64,000 nt of DNA from Escherichia coli. Its GTDB lineage: Bacteria > Pseudomonadota > Gammaproteobacteria > Enterobacterales > Enterobacteriaceae. The DNA is taken from the NCBI RefSeq assembly GCF_001677475.2, contig NZ_CP015229.1. One strand, written 5' to 3'. Every line of letters starts with the position of its first letter. Position 1 is the stretch's first letter. This document shows, in pieces, positions 30,851 to 46,699 of this stretch. The notes beneath the pieces are model-generated. The model was not told where the DNA came from and did no database searches. It saw only the letters and a list, made by a program, of their open reading frames with translations. Made by a program: the position numbers and the translations under genes.

Positions 30851-30876
30851 GAAAGCCGGAGCATTCTCCGGCTTTC
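30851..30876. terminator. Bidirectional terminator hairpin between nlpE and yaeF
   Basis: gaaagccggag-cattc-tccggctttc perfect inverted repeat. Confidence 0.5.
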
Positions 30877-30877
30877 A

Positions 30878-31711
30878 TCACTGAGTCAGCCCAACAAAGC
30901 GACCCGCCTTGATATAAATCCCTGGCTTCAGGTGCCCAACATACTGTAACTGCGTTTCTGGCTTAAACGCAGAGACATCGCCAGTACGCATATGCATCAG
31001 ATCGGCAGGGCTAATCCAGCCCGATTGCGCCAGCGTAAGCGGATGCCCGGCTTTGGCAAATGCATCCGTGACAAATTCCGAACAAAACCACGACTTTTTG
31101 TCTCCTTCGCCCACACTGCTTAACTGCGCTTTCGCCAGGCCGCTGACGCACTGTTGGCGAAAATCCTCGGAGAACGGATTCAGTGAGCACATCTGGCGAG
31201 TCACCATAAATGGAATAAATTCGACAATGCCGCGATAGTTATAACCGCTATCTTTGATTTTATTGGCAAACGCGGTGATATCTGTGGCTTGTTGCGGGGT
31301 AAGATCCGGAACTCGTAAGACGAAAAGCTTATCACTATGCTTCATCGCTTTTTTAAGGGAAACAATCTGGACACCATCCCCTGTCGCTTCTGCAACGTTA
31401 TTATCACCCAGATAGATTGCAACGTGACTCACAGAGGAAGTGTTGAAGACGCGGATTCCAAATGAGGTTACCCCAAGGCTTGAGGAGAACAGCAAATCGC
31501 CGGGTTTGAGATCAGGTACCGTTATTTCTTTTATTGATTGTTCGGTGAAAGAGCTTTGATGCTGGAATTTGACAGCCCATGTTTTTGCCTCGACATCTAC
31601 CGCTGTGGCAGAGGAGTCTGGCTGGCTGATATCAACGGTACACGCCGAAAGTAAAAGAAAGCTGGGGAGAAGCAGGCGGTAGTACGCCTTTGGTTTATCC
31701 ATTTTATACAA
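30878..31711 (-). CDS. yaeF: Probable lipoprotein peptidase YaeF (NlpC/P60-like)
   Basis: 277-aa ORF; likely start 3 codons in at MDKPKAYYRLLLPSFLLLSACTVD (lipobox LSAC). Confidence 0.85.
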   Translation of the reverse strand: MYKMDKPKAYYRLLLPSFLLLSACTVDISQPDSSATAVDVEAKTWAVKFQHQSSFTEQSIKEITVPDLKPGDLLFSSSLGVTSFGIRVFNTSSVSHVAIYLGDNNVAEATGDGVQIVSLKKAMKHSDKLFVLRVPDLTPQQATDITAFANKIKDSGYNYRGIVEFIPFMVTRQMCSLNPFSEDFRQQCVSGLAKAQLSSVGEGDKKSWFCSEFVTDAFAKAGHPLTLAQSGWISPADLMHMRTGDVSAFKPETQLQYVGHLKPGIYIKAGRFVGLTQ

Positions 31712-31754
31712 TCCATGTAAAAAAGGGCCCTGAAATTCAGGACCCTTTCTGGCA

Positions 31755-33473
31755 TCAGCCTTTAATCTGTTTCACCAGATAATCGACGATGTCACCAGTC
31801 TTAATTAACTGTTTCTCGCCGTTACGACGATATTTATATTCGATATCGTCGTTGTCAAGGTTACGGTCGCCCAGCACAATCGTGTGCGGAATACCGATCA
31901 GTTCCATATCAGCAAACATCACGCCCGGACGCTCTTTGCGGTCATCCAGCAGCACTTCGATACCCTGCGCGCGCAGTTCGCTGTACAGTTTCTCGGCCAG
32001 TTCCTGTACGCGGAAGGATTTGTGCATGTTCATCGGCAGAATCGCCACCTGGAACGGCGCGATAGCGTCAGGCCATACGATGCCGCGTTCGTCGTAGTTC
32101 TGCTCGATCGCCGCAGCTACTACACGCGTTACCCCGATACCGTAGCAACCCATCGTCAGGATTTGATTACGGCCATCTTCACCCTGTACGGAGGCTTTCA
32201 GTGCTTCAGAGTACTTAGTACCCAGCTGGAAGATGTGACCGACTTCGATACCACGTTTGATCAGCAGCGTACCCTGGCCATCCGGGCTTGGATCGCCAGC
32301 CACCACGTTACGGATATCCGCAACTTCCGGGGTAGCGACATCGCGATCCCAGTTGATACCGAAGTAGTGTTTACCATCGATGTTAGCACCAGCAGCGAAA
32401 TCACTCATCGTCGCAACGGTACGGTCAATCACCACCGGAATCGGCATGTTTACCGGACCCAGTGAACCCGGACCGGCTTTAACCACGGCACGAATTTCTT
32501 CTTCGGTCGCGAAAGTCAGCGGGCTTGCAACCTGCGGCAGTTTTTCTGCTTTAACTTCGTTCAGTTCGTGGTCACCGCGCACCAGCAGCGCAACCAGCGG
32601 GAAGCTACTGCCTTCAACCGCTTTAACCAGCAGAGTCTTAACCGTTTTCTCAATCGGCAGATTGAACTGTTCAACCAGTTCAGCGATGGTTTTCGCGTTC
32701 GGCGTATCAACCAGCGTCATTTCCTGGGTAGCAGCAGCGCGCGGCTCTTTCGGCGCGATAGCTTCTGCCAGTTCAATGTTCGCTGCATAGTCAGAGGTGT
32801 CGGAGAAGACCACATCGTCTTCACCGCTCTGCGCCAGCACCTGGAATTCGTGAGAGGCGCTGCCGCCGATAGAACCGGTGTCGGCCTGTACGGCGCGGAA
32901 ATCCAGCCCCATGCGGCTGAAGATTTTGCTGTAGGCCGCATACATTGCATCGTAGGTTTCCTGCAGGGATTCCTGAGAAGTATGGAAAGAGTAAGCATCT
33001 TTCATCAGGAATTCGCGGGAACGCATGACGCCGAAACGCGGACGCACTTCGTCGCGGAACTTGGTCTGGATCTGATAGAAGTTCAACGGCAGCTGTTTGT
33101 AAGAGCTAAGCTCGTTACGAATCAGGTCAGTGATAACTTCTTCGTGAGTTGGGCCGAGTACGAACGGACGCTCGCCACGGTCAACAAAACGCAGCAGTTC
33201 CGGACCGTACTGTTCCCAACGACCACTCTCTTGCCACAAATCGGCTGGCTGAACCACCGGCATCGACACCTCGATCGCACCGGCGTTGTTCATCTCTTCA
33301 CGCACGATGTTTTCGACTTTTTTCAGAACGCGCACGCCGGTCGGCAGCCAGGTATATAACCCGGAGGCCAGCTTGCGGATCATCCCGGCGCGCAGCATCA
33401 GCTGATGGCTGATCACCTCGGCGTCGGCAGGTGTCTCCTTGAGAGTGGAGAGCAGGTATTGGCTAGTACGCAT
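31755..33473 (-). CDS. proS: Prolyl-tRNA synthetase
   Basis: ORF-track entry 31755-33527 trimmed to ATG complement at 33471-33473: [44 protein letters not shown]... Confidence 0.95.
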   Translation of the reverse strand: MRTSQYLLSTLKETPADAEVISHQLMLRAGMIRKLASGLYTWLPTGVRVLKKVENIVREEMNNAGAIEVSMPVVQPADLWQESGRWEQYGPELLRFVDRGERPFVLGPTHEEVITDLIRNELSSYKQLPLNFYQIQTKFRDEVRPRFGVMRSREFLMKDAYSFHTSQESLQETYDAMYAAYSKIFSRMGLDFRAVQADTGSIGGSASHEFQVLAQSGEDDVVFSDTSDYAANIELAEAIAPKEPRAAATQEMTLVDTPNAKTIAELVEQFNLPIEKTVKTLLVKAVEGSSFPLVALLVRGDHELNEVKAEKLPQVASPLTFATEEEIRAVVKAGPGSLGPVNMPIPVVIDRTVATMSDFAAGANIDGKHYFGINWDRDVATPEVADIRNVVAGDPSPDGQGTLLIKRGIEVGHIFQLGTKYSEALKASVQGEDGRNQILTMGCYGIGVTRVVAAAIEQNYDERGIVWPDAIAPFQVAILPMNMHKSFRVQELAEKLYSELRAQGIEVLLDDRKERPGVMFADMELIGIPHTIVLGDRNLDNDDIEYKYRRNGEKQLIKTGDIVDYLVKQIKG

Positions 33474-33583
33474 GTTGTTACGGTTCCAGTTGGAAGGTAG
33501 AACAGGCTCAAGGCGAGCCTGGGACAAAAAAAGTGATTTAGTTTACCAGTGCAAAAGAAATGTCAAAAGAGAAGGGCGTGAAT

Positions 33584-34291
33584 TTAACGCGGTTCCAGCG
33601 CAAAGACTTCAAAACCTGCGTCGGTGACGCGCCAGCGAACGTTAAAATCATGCAGCCAGACGGCATAGGTTTTACCCGTTTCCTCACCTTTACGATAGGC
33701 CGGGCGCGGGTCCTGCGCCAGTACTTCGCGGATAAACAGCGTTAACTGCGGATAACGCTTCTCCAGCGCCAAAAGCTGCTTTTCGACCTCTGCGGTAAAA
33801 CTCACTGCCATTTCTGCCGCAGGCGCACTTTGCGCATAGCTGGCACTGGCATCGGGAAGCGATTCGGCAAAGGGGAGATACGGTTTGATATCCACCACCG
33901 GCGTCCCATCGACCAGATCCAGACTGCCGAGCTTCAGAATCACGCTGTCTTTATGGCAAACAACCTCTTTCAGCTCTACCAGCGACATACCAATTGGGTT
34001 AGGGCGAAAAGTGGAGCGTGTAGCGAAAACACCCATTCTGGCATTACCACCAAGACGAGGCGGACGCACAGTCGGACGCCAGCCGCCTTCCATCGTTTGA
34101 TGAAAGACGAAAAGGATCCATAAATGGCTGAATGCTTCCAGGCCGCGAACGGCGTCGGCCTGGTTGTAGGGAGCAATGAGATGCAGTTCGCCGTTGGCGC
34201 TTTTTACCAGACCTGGCTGGCGCGGAACGGCGAATTTTTCTTTATAGGGCGAGCGAATAACGCCTATTTGCTCGAACTGGAAACTGCTCAT
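33584..34291 (-). CDS. tsaA: tRNA (adenine37-N6)-methyltransferase TsaA/TrmO (YaeB)
   Basis: 235-aa ORF MSSFQFEQIGVIRSPYKEKFAVPRQPGLVKSANGELHLIAPYNQ... Confidence 0.9.
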   Translation of the reverse strand: MSSFQFEQIGVIRSPYKEKFAVPRQPGLVKSANGELHLIAPYNQADAVRGLEAFSHLWILFVFHQTMEGGWRPTVRPPRLGGNARMGVFATRSTFRPNPIGMSLVELKEVVCHKDSVILKLGSLDLVDGTPVVDIKPYLPFAESLPDASASYAQSAPAAEMAVSFTAEVEKQLLALEKRYPQLTLFIREVLAQDPRPAYRKGEETGKTYAVWLHDFNVRWRVTDAGFEVFALEPR

Positions 34292-34692
34292 TTCGCCGTA
34301 ATGTTAAGCGCAGAGCCGATACATACAGCCTGACGATAGCAGCCTGGTGTACCGCTGGTAACTTCGCAGCTATGCAGTAATACCGCATTGGCTTTCATTT
34401 TAGAGGCGTTGATTTGCATCCGCTTACGCGCGGTTGGAATGCTCGGCGGAGAGTCCTGATTAGAGGCCTGGCAAGAGTCGCCACTGACTTCACCGAGATC
34501 GCGGAACGGTTTGCCGACTAATTCTTCTGCATTGGTATAAATTCGGACCGGCGTGGCGCGCGGCGCTTTCGGTTTTGCAGGCTCCGCTTTCGGCTGGGGT
34601 GCAGTGCTTTGAACGGGTTCGACAGGGGATCTGCTTAACATGGAACAGCCGCTTAGCATGAGTGCTACTAAACAGATCGGTAAAGCACGCAT
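34288..34692 (-). CDS. rcsF: Outer-membrane lipoprotein RcsF (Rcs phosphorelay sensor)
   Basis: 134-aa ORF MRALPICLVALMLSGCSMLS (lipobox LSGC), Pro/Lys-rich linker, C-terminal Cys-rich domain. Confidence 0.9.
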   Translation of the reverse strand: MRALPICLVALMLSGCSMLSRSPVEPVQSTAPQPKAEPAKPKAPRATPVRIYTNAEELVGKPFRDLGEVSGDSCQASNQDSPPSIPTARKRMQINASKMKANAVLLHSCEVTSGTPGCYRQAVCIGSALNITAK

Positions 34693-34809
34693 AGTATTTC
34701 CTCAATGTATGATCAAAACGTCAATATTGAATCAGGAGCTTGTAAAAATGACAAGACGGGCAAGCGCCCGTCCTGAATGATATTACAAATTGTGGAAACA
34801 GCCTAAAAA

Positions 34810-35625
34810 TTACCAGCCTTTAACAGCGCCGCCGTTAAACACTTTGTTTGCTGCTTCGTAAACTTCGTCAGACTGATAAGCCTGGACGAATTTCTTCACG
34901 TTCTCGGCGTCTTTGTTATCTTCACGCGTTACGATCAGGTTTACGTACGGGGACTCTTTATCTTCGACAAAGATACCGTCTTTCGCCGGAGTCAGACCAA
35001 TCTGGCTGGCATAGGTGGTATTGATAACTGCCAGAGCGATTTGCGCGTCGTCCAGAGAACGCGGCAGCTGCGGTGCTTCCAGCTCAACAATTTTCAGATT
35101 TTTGGGGTTCTCAACAACATCAAGAACGGTCGGCAGCAGGCCAACGCCATCTTTCAGTTTGATCAAGCCCACTTTTTGCAGCAGCAGCAGTGAACGACCA
35201 AGGTTAGTTGGGTCGTTTGGCACGGCAACCTGCGAACCATCCTGCAGTTCATCCAGTGATTTGATTTTCTTGGAGTAACCTGCAATCGGATAAACAAAAG
35301 TGTTGCCTACTGCGACCAGTTTGTAGCCACGATCTTTCAGTTGCTGATCAAGGTACGGTTTATGCTGGAAGGCGTTGGCGTCGATATCGCCTTTGCTCAA
35401 TGCTTCGTTTGGCAGAACATAGTCGTTGAAGGTTACCAGCTCAACGTCCAGGCCATATTTGTCTTTCGCAACTTTCTGCGCGACTTCTGCAACCTGCTGT
35501 TCGGCACCAACAATCACGCCGACTTTAATGTGGTTTGGATCTTTTTCATCCTGACCGCAGCCTACCAGTGCCAGTGATCCGATCAGGGCTCCCACTGCCG
35601 CAAAGGTTTTGAATTTGAACGCCAT
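34810..35625 (-). CDS. metQ: D-methionine ABC transporter substrate-binding lipoprotein
   Basis: 271-aa ORF MAFKFKTFAAVGALIGSLALVGCGQDEKDPNHIKVGVIVGAEQQV... Confidence 0.95.
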   Translation of the reverse strand: MAFKFKTFAAVGALIGSLALVGCGQDEKDPNHIKVGVIVGAEQQVAEVAQKVAKDKYGLDVELVTFNDYVLPNEALSKGDIDANAFQHKPYLDQQLKDRGYKLVAVGNTFVYPIAGYSKKIKSLDELQDGSQVAVPNDPTNLGRSLLLLQKVGLIKLKDGVGLLPTVLDVVENPKNLKIVELEAPQLPRSLDDAQIALAVINTTYASQIGLTPAKDGIFVEDKESPYVNLIVTREDNKDAENVKKFVQAYQSDEVYEAANKVFNGGAVKGW

Positions 35626-35664
35626 ACCTTATTCCTTCTTCAATTATTTATGTTGTGTTGAACG

Positions 35665-36318
35665 TTACTTGCGAGTGACAGCCCGGACGATGCGGTCGCC
35701 TGCGAACTGAATTAAATAAACCAGAATGACCAGCAATACCAGTACCGTATTCATCACCGTCGCGTTGTAGCCGATGTAGCCATACTGATAGCCAATCTGA
35801 CCTAAACCACCGGCACCGACTGCACCACCCATCGCGGAATAACCAACCAGGGTAATCAGGGTGATAGTTGCCGCATTCACCAGACCCGGCAGCGCTTCCG
35901 GTAACAGCACCTTACGGACGATCTGCATCGGCGTGGCACCCATTGCGCGGGAAGCTTCAATTAACCCGGTTGGGATCTCCAGCAGAGCGTTCTCGACCAT
36001 ACGGGCAATAAACGGTGCTGCACCAACGGTTAACGGAACAATCGCTGCCTGCAAACCAATCGATGTACCGACAATAACGCGGGTAAACGGAATCATCCAT
36101 ACCAGCAAGATAATGAACGGGATGGAACGGAAAATGTTCACAATCGCAGAAACGGTACGATACAGCTTCGCGTTAGCAATAATTTGCCCCGGACGCGTGA
36201 CATAAAGCAGAACGCCAACCGGCAGACCAATCACAAAGCCAAAAAAACCGGATACGAAGGTCATTGCCAGCGTTTCCCATACGCCACGAACCAGCAGCCA
36301 CATCATCGGCTCAGACAT
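35665..36318 (-). CDS. metI: D-methionine ABC transporter permease
   Basis: 217-aa membrane [38 protein letters not shown]... Confidence 0.95.
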
Positions 36319-37342
36319 AACCCAGTACCTCTACTTTTACATGGTGTTCCTGCAGCCAGGCAATGGCGGCTTGCGTATCTTGTTGGGTGCCGTGCATTTC
36401 AGTCAGCATGATGCCGAACTTAACGCCACCGGCGTAATCCATCTGCGCGCTAATAATGTTGTTGTTGACGTTGAAACGACGCGCGGTTTCAGAAAGCAGC
36501 GGGGCATCGACCGATTGACCGGTAAACTCCAGACGCAGCATCGGCACGCAGTCAGTAAATGGCTCCGCTTGCAGACGTTCCTGGTAATCTTCCGGGATAT
36601 CCAGATGCAGGGTCGACTGAATAAACTTCTGCGCCAGCGGCGTTTTCGGATGCGAGAACACTTCACTTACCGTGTCCTGCTCGATCAGTTCGCCATTGCT
36701 GATGACCGCCACGCAATCACAAATGCGCTTCACAACGTCCATTTCGTGAGTGATCAACAGAATCGTCAAACCCAGACGGCGGTTGATGTCTTTCAGCAGT
36801 TCGAGAATAGAACGTGTCGTTGCCGGGTCCAGCGCGCTGGTGGCTTCATCACACAGCAATACTTTGGGATTGCTGGCTAACGCACGGGCAATTGCCACAC
36901 GTTGTTTCTGCCCACCGGAAAGATTCGACGGGTAGCTATCATGCTTATCGCCAAGACCAACCAATGACAGCAATTCCGTCACGCGACGTTTGATCTCGTC
37001 TTTCGGTGTGTTGTCCAGCTCCAGCGGCAGAGCCACGTTGCCAAAAACAGTACGCGAAGAGAGCAGGTTAAAATGCTGGAAAATCATACCAATCTGGCGG
37101 CGAGCTTTGGTCAACTCGGATTCTGACAGCGTGGTCAGTTCCTGGCCATCGACCAGCACGCTACCCTCGGTTGGGCGCTCCAGCAGGTTTACACAACGTA
37201 TAAGCGTACTCTTACCCGCGCCTGAGGCACCGATAACGCCATAAATTTGTCCAGCTGGCACATGCAGGCTGACGTTGTTCAACGCCTGGATGGTGCGGGT
37301 GCCCTGGTGGAACACTTTGGTGATATTCGAAAGTTTTATCAT
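36311..37342 (-). CDS. metN: D-methionine ABC transporter ATP-binding protein
   Basis: 343-aa [49 protein letters not shown] (Walker A), [15 protein letters not shown] signature. Confidence 0.95.
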
Positions 37343-37424
37343 TGATTATTTATTATCGTCATTAAGTTAGTCGTGGCATTTCGAATGCCTGGAACGGGCA
37401 ACGCCGTCAATGAAATGGATGTTA

Positions 37425-37448
37425 AGGCATCCAGACGTCTAAATCAAT
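37425..37448 (-). promoter_or_regulatory. Probable MetJ operator (met boxes) upstream of metNIQ
   Basis: Exact consensus met box AGACGTCT at 37433-37440 flanked by degenerate 8-mers aggcatcc and aaatcaat, about 90 nt upstream of the metN start. Confidence 0.5.
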
Positions 37449-37529
37449 CAGGTTTATGCGAAGAGCACTTTCTTGCAGGTCGAAACATGCGATACTAGCG
37501 TCACATGCCTTATTAAGGAGCTATAAAAG

Positions 37530-38102
37530 GTGGCGAAGAGCGTACCCGCAATTTTTCTTGACCGTGATGGCACCATTAATGTCGATCACGGCTATGTCCA
37601 TGAGATCGACAATTTTGAATTTATCGACGGTGTTATTGACGCCATGCGCGAGCTAAAAAAAATGGGCTTTGCGCTGGTGGTAGTAACCAACCAGTCTGGC
37701 ATTGCTCGCGGTAAATTTACTGAAGCGCAGTTTGAAACGCTGACCGAGTGGATGGACTGGTCGCTGGCGGACCGAGATGTCGATCTGGATGGCATCTATT
37801 ATTGCCCGCATCATCCGCAGGGTAGTGTTGAAGAGTTTCGCCAGGTCTGCGACTGCCGCAAACCACATCCGGGGATGCTTTTGTCGGCACGCGATTATTT
37901 GCATATTGATATGGCCGCTTCTTATATGGTGGGCGATAAATTAGAAGATATGCTGGCAGCGGCTGCGGCGAACGTGGGAACAAAAGTGCTGGTGCGTACG
38001 GGTAAACCTGTTACGCCTGAAGCAGAAAATGCAGCGGATTGGGTGTTAAATAGCCTGGCAGACCTGCCGCAAGCGATAAAAAAGCAGCAAAAACCGGCGT
38101 AA
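37530..38102 (+). CDS. gmhB: D-glycero-beta-D-manno-heptose-1,7-bisphosphate 7-phosphatase
   Basis: 190-aa ORF, GTG start, (M)[34 protein letters not shown] (HAD DxDGT motif). Confidence 0.9.
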   Translation: MAKSVPAIFLDRDGTINVDHGYVHEIDNFEFIDGVIDAMRELKKMGFALVVVTNQSGIARGKFTEAQFETLTEWMDWSLADRDVDLDGIYYCPHHPQGSVEEFRQVCDCRKPHPGMLLSARDYLHIDMAASYMVGDKLEDMLAAAAANVGTKVLVRTGKPVTPEAENAADWVLNSLADLPQAIKKQQKPA

Positions 38103-38124
38103 TGATTAAAAGATGAGCGGTTGA

Positions 38125-38180
38125 AATAAAAATGCATTTTTCCGCTTGTCTTCCTGAGACGACTCCCTATAATGCGCCTC
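38125..38180 (+). promoter_or_regulatory. rRNA operon P1 promoter with AT-rich UP element
   Basis: -35 ttgtct at 38147-38152, 16-nt spacer, -10 tataat at 38169-38174, GC-rich discriminator gcgcc; upstream gaaataaaaatgcattttt. Confidence 0.7.
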
Positions 38181-38255
38181 CATCGACACGGCGGATGTGA
38201 ATCACTTCACACAAGCAGTCGGTTCGGTTGAAGAGAAAAATCCTGAGATTCAGGG

Positions 38256-38283
38256 TTGACTCTGAAAGAGGAAAGCGTAATAT
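38256..38283 (+). promoter_or_regulatory. rRNA operon P2 promoter
   Basis: -35 ttgact at 38256-38261, 16-nt spacer, -10 taatat at 38278-38283. Confidence 0.6.
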
Positions 38284-38323
38284 ACGCCACCTCGCGACAG
38301 TGAGCTGAAAGCCGCGTCGCAAC

Positions 38324-38336
38324 TGCTCTTTAACAA
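38324..38336 (+). promoter_or_regulatory. rrn leader boxA antitermination element
   Basis: tgctctttaacaa matches rrn boxA consensus. Confidence 0.75.
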
Positions 38337-38467
38337 TTTATCAGACAATCTGTGTGGGCACTCGAAGATACGGATTCTTAACGTCGCAAGACGAAAAATG
38401 AATACCAAGTCTCAAGAGTGAACACGTAATTCATTACGAAGTTTAATTCTTTGAGCATCAAACTTTT

Positions 38468-40009
<1,542 letters not shown>

Positions 40010-40077
40010 CCTTAAAGAACTGTGCTTTGCAGTGCTCACACAGATTGTCTGATGAAAATGAGCAGTAAAACCTCTAC

Positions 40078-40154
<77 letters not shown>

Positions 40155-40196
40155 AATTTGCACCGCAAATTTGAAGAGGTTTTAACTACATGTTAT

Positions 40197-40272
40197 GGGG
40201 CTATAGCTCAGCTGGGAGAGCGCCTGCTTTGCACGCAGGAGGTCTGCGGTTCGATCCCGCATAGCTCCACCA
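40197..40272 (+). tRNA. alaV: tRNA-Ala (anticodon TGC)
   Basis: ggggctatagctcagctgggagagcgcctgctttgcacgcaggaggtctgcggttcgatcccgcatagctccacca, 76 nt. Confidence 0.95.
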
Positions 40273-40455
40273 TCTCTGTAGTGATTAAATAAAAAATACT
40301 TCAGAGTGTACCTGCAAAGGTTCACTGCGAAGTTTTGCTCTTTAAAAATCTGGATCAAGCTGAAAATTGAAACACTGAACAACGAAAGTTGTTCGTGAGT
40401 CTCTCAAATTTTCGCAACACGATGATGCATCGAAAGAAACATCTTCGGGTTGTGA

Positions 40456-43358
<2,903 letters not shown>

Positions 43359-43456
43359 ACAACGCCGAAGATGTTTTGGCGGATAGAGAGAAGATTTTCA
43401 GCCTGATACAGATTAAATCGACAGGTCAGAACATGACGTGTTGATAAAACAGAATT

Positions 43457-43576
43457 TGCCTGGCGGCCGTAGCGCGGTGGTCCCACCTGACCCCATGCCG
43501 AACTCAGAAGTGAAACGCCGTAGCGCCGATGGTAGTGTGGGGTCTCCCCATGCGAGAGTAGGGAACTGCCAGGCAT
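43457..43576 (+). rRNA. rrfH: 5S ribosomal RNA
   Basis: tgcctggcggccgtagcgcggtggtcccacctgacccc...gggaactgccaggcat, 120 nt. Confidence 0.95.
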
Positions 43577-43628
43577 CAAATTAAGCAGTAAGCCGGTCAT
43601 AAAACCGGTGGTTGTAAAAGAATTCGGT

Positions 43629-43705
43629 GGAGCGGTAGTTCAGTCGGTTAGAATACCTGCCTGTCACGCAGGGGGTCGCGGGTTCGAGTCCCGTCCGTTC
43701 CGCCA
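43629..43705 (+). tRNA. aspU: tRNA-Asp (anticodon GTC), distal tRNA of the rrn operon
   Basis: ggagcggtagttcagtcggttagaatacctgcctgtcacgcagggggtcgcgggttcgagtcccgtccgttccgcca, 77 nt. Confidence 0.95.
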
Positions 43706-43716
43706 CTTATTAAGAA

Positions 43717-43746
43717 GCCTCGAGTTAACGCTCGAGGTTTTTTTTC
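43717..43746 (+). terminator. rrn operon terminator
   Basis: cctcgag-ttaacg-ctcgagg followed by nine T. Confidence 0.65.
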
Positions 43747-43867
43747 GTCTGGATATCTATTATTGCCAGAATCGCAAAAATCCTCTGCGTTTTACGCTCT
43801 TTTTCCGCAACAGTCTGAAGCCCATAATCACCTCAGTTAACGAAAATAGCATTAAAAGAGGCATATT

Positions 43868-44671
43868 ATGGCTATCCCTGCATTTGGTTTAGGTACTTTC
43901 CGTCTGAAAGACGACGTTGTTATTTCATCTGTGAAAACGGCGCTTGAACTTGGTTATCGCGCAATTGATACCGCACAAATCTATGATAACGAAGCCGCAG
44001 TAGGTCAGGCGATTGCAGAAAGTGGCGTGCCACGTCATGAACTCTACATCACCACTAAAATCTGGATTGAAAATCTCAGCAAAGACAAATTGATCCCGAG
44101 TCTGAAAGAGAGCCTGCAAAAATTGCGTACCGATTATGTTGATCTGACGCTAATCCACTGGCCGTCACCAAACGATGAAGTCTCTGTTGAAGAGTTTATG
44201 CAGGCGCTGCTGGAAGCCAAAAAACAAGGGCTGACGCGTGAGATCGGTATTTCCAACTTCACGATCCCATTGATGGAAAAGGCGATTGCTGCTGTTGGCG
44301 CTGAAAACATCGCTACTAACCAGATTGAACTCTCTCCTTATCTGCAAAACCGTAAAGTGGTCGCCTGGGCTAAACAGCACGGCATCCATATTACTTCCTA
44401 TATGACGCTGGCGTATGGTAAGGCCCTGAAAGATGAGGTTATTGCTCGTATCGCAGCTAAACACAATGCGACTCCGGCACAAGTGATTCTGGCGTGGGCT
44501 ATGGGGGAAGGTTACTCGGTAATTCCTTCTTCTACTAGACGTGAAAACCTGGAGAGTAATCTTAAGGCACAAAATTTACAGCTTGATGCCGAAGATAAAA
44601 AAGCGATCGCCGCACTGGATTGCAACGACCGCCTGGTTAGCCCGGAAGGTCTGGCTCCTGAATGGGATTAA
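43868..44671 (+). CDS. dkgB: 2,5-diketo-D-gluconate reductase B (aldo-keto reductase)
   Basis: 267-aa [49 protein letters not shown]... Confidence 0.9.
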   Translation: MAIPAFGLGTFRLKDDVVISSVKTALELGYRAIDTAQIYDNEAAVGQAIAESGVPRHELYITTKIWIENLSKDKLIPSLKESLQKLRTDYVDLTLIHWPSPNDEVSVEEFMQALLEAKKQGLTREIGISNFTIPLMEKAIAAVGAENIATNQIELSPYLQNRKVVAWAKQHGIHITSYMTLAYGKALKDEVIARIAAKHNATPAQVILAWAMGEGYSVIPSSTRRENLESNLKAQNLQLDAEDKKAIAALDCNDRLVSPEGLAPEWD

Positions 44672-45582
44672 GCCTCTCTGACAGCTCCTTCGGGAGCTGT
44701 TTTTACATGCTCGCTAAGGAAATCGATAAAAGCCCGGATGCGCGTACTTACCGCACGGTCGCTGTAATAGACTGCACTAAATGGCATTTCCACTGGCAAC
44801 ACTTTATCTGCCATTAACTCCACCAATTCTCCGCGAGCGATTTCTCTGTCGATCATGTAGTCGGACAAACACGCAATCCCGTTGCCACTCAGGCAAAGCT
44901 GTTTCAGTGTTTCCCCACTATTGGATGACAAACCGTACTTCACCTCATGTAATTGTCCATCGCTACAGGCTATCGGCCAGGTATTGAGGGAAGCGGGTTC
45001 AGTGAATCCCAGGCAAACATGTTGCTTTAAATCGTCGAGCGTTTCTGGCTTCCCATAGAGGGAAATATAATCGGGGGAGGCGATAATTTTTCGATAACTG
45101 TTAAATAACGGTCTGGCACGTAAGCTGGAATCCGTTAACGTACCGGCGCGTATCGCAACATCCACTTTTCTTTCGATCAAATTAATAATCGTTTCAGAGG
45201 AGACAAGCGATAAAGTGACTTCCGGATAGCGTTCACGGAAAGGTTTAATTAACGGCATCAGGAAATGCAGCACCACGGGCGTCGCGGCATCGATGCGCAA
45301 CAGTCCACGCGGTGTATTACGCGTCTCCATAATTTCTGATTCTGCCGCTGCCATCTCCTGCAAAATTGACTGTACGCGACGAAAATAACGCTCGCCTTCT
45401 TCCGTTAGGCTAAGTTGTCGCGTGGTGCGATTAAGCAGGCTAACGCCAAGTTTCATCTCCAGCTTTTTCACCGCCCGGCTTACCGCTGAGTTTGCTTGCC
45501 CTAATTGTTCCGCTGCCCGGCTAAAGCTGCCGCTTTCGACGACCGAAACAAAAATGGCGAGTTCTTCCGACGTGGCTTTCAT
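44668..45582 (-). CDS. yafC: LysR-family transcriptional regulator YafC
   Basis: 304-aa [59 protein letters not shown] (HTH); convergent 4-nt overlap with dkgB. Confidence 0.85.
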   Translation of the reverse strand: MKATSEELAIFVSVVESGSFSRAAEQLGQANSAVSRAVKKLEMKLGVSLLNRTTRQLSLTEEGERYFRRVQSILQEMAAAESEIMETRNTPRGLLRIDAATPVVLHFLMPLIKPFRERYPEVTLSLVSSETIINLIERKVDVAIRAGTLTDSSLRARPLFNSYRKIIASPDYISLYGKPETLDDLKQHVCLGFTEPASLNTWPIACSDGQLHEVKYGLSSNSGETLKQLCLSGNGIACLSDYMIDREIARGELVELMADKVLPVEMPFSAVYYSDRAVSTRIRAFIDFLSEHVKTAPEGAVREA

Positions 45583-45771
45583 TTTTGCTCCTGTTGCAAA
45601 ATAGATGAGATATTTTGAATTTATTTGTCATTAAACCATCAGGATGCGTGATATGTCATCCGATTTAATGTTCTCAATAATGAGCAAATTTCTGACCGGT
45701 GTAAGCACTTGCTTACATAACAATATACAATTGCTCGTTGAAAGAGTGAGCTAAAATCCCTATAACAGTAG

Positions 45772-46623
<852 letters not shown>

Positions 46624-46699
46624 GGTATGTCAGGTCTGCCACAGGGCAGACCAACGTTTGGCGCTGCCCTTTTTAATCAAACAATAAAAGGACAGCGCA

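Noticed and set aside
32568-33359. 263-aa plus-strand ORF and neighbours (31884-32465, 32380-32790) opposite proS
   Set aside because: Antisense to prolyl-tRNA synthetase, which is clearly the real gene on the minus strand.
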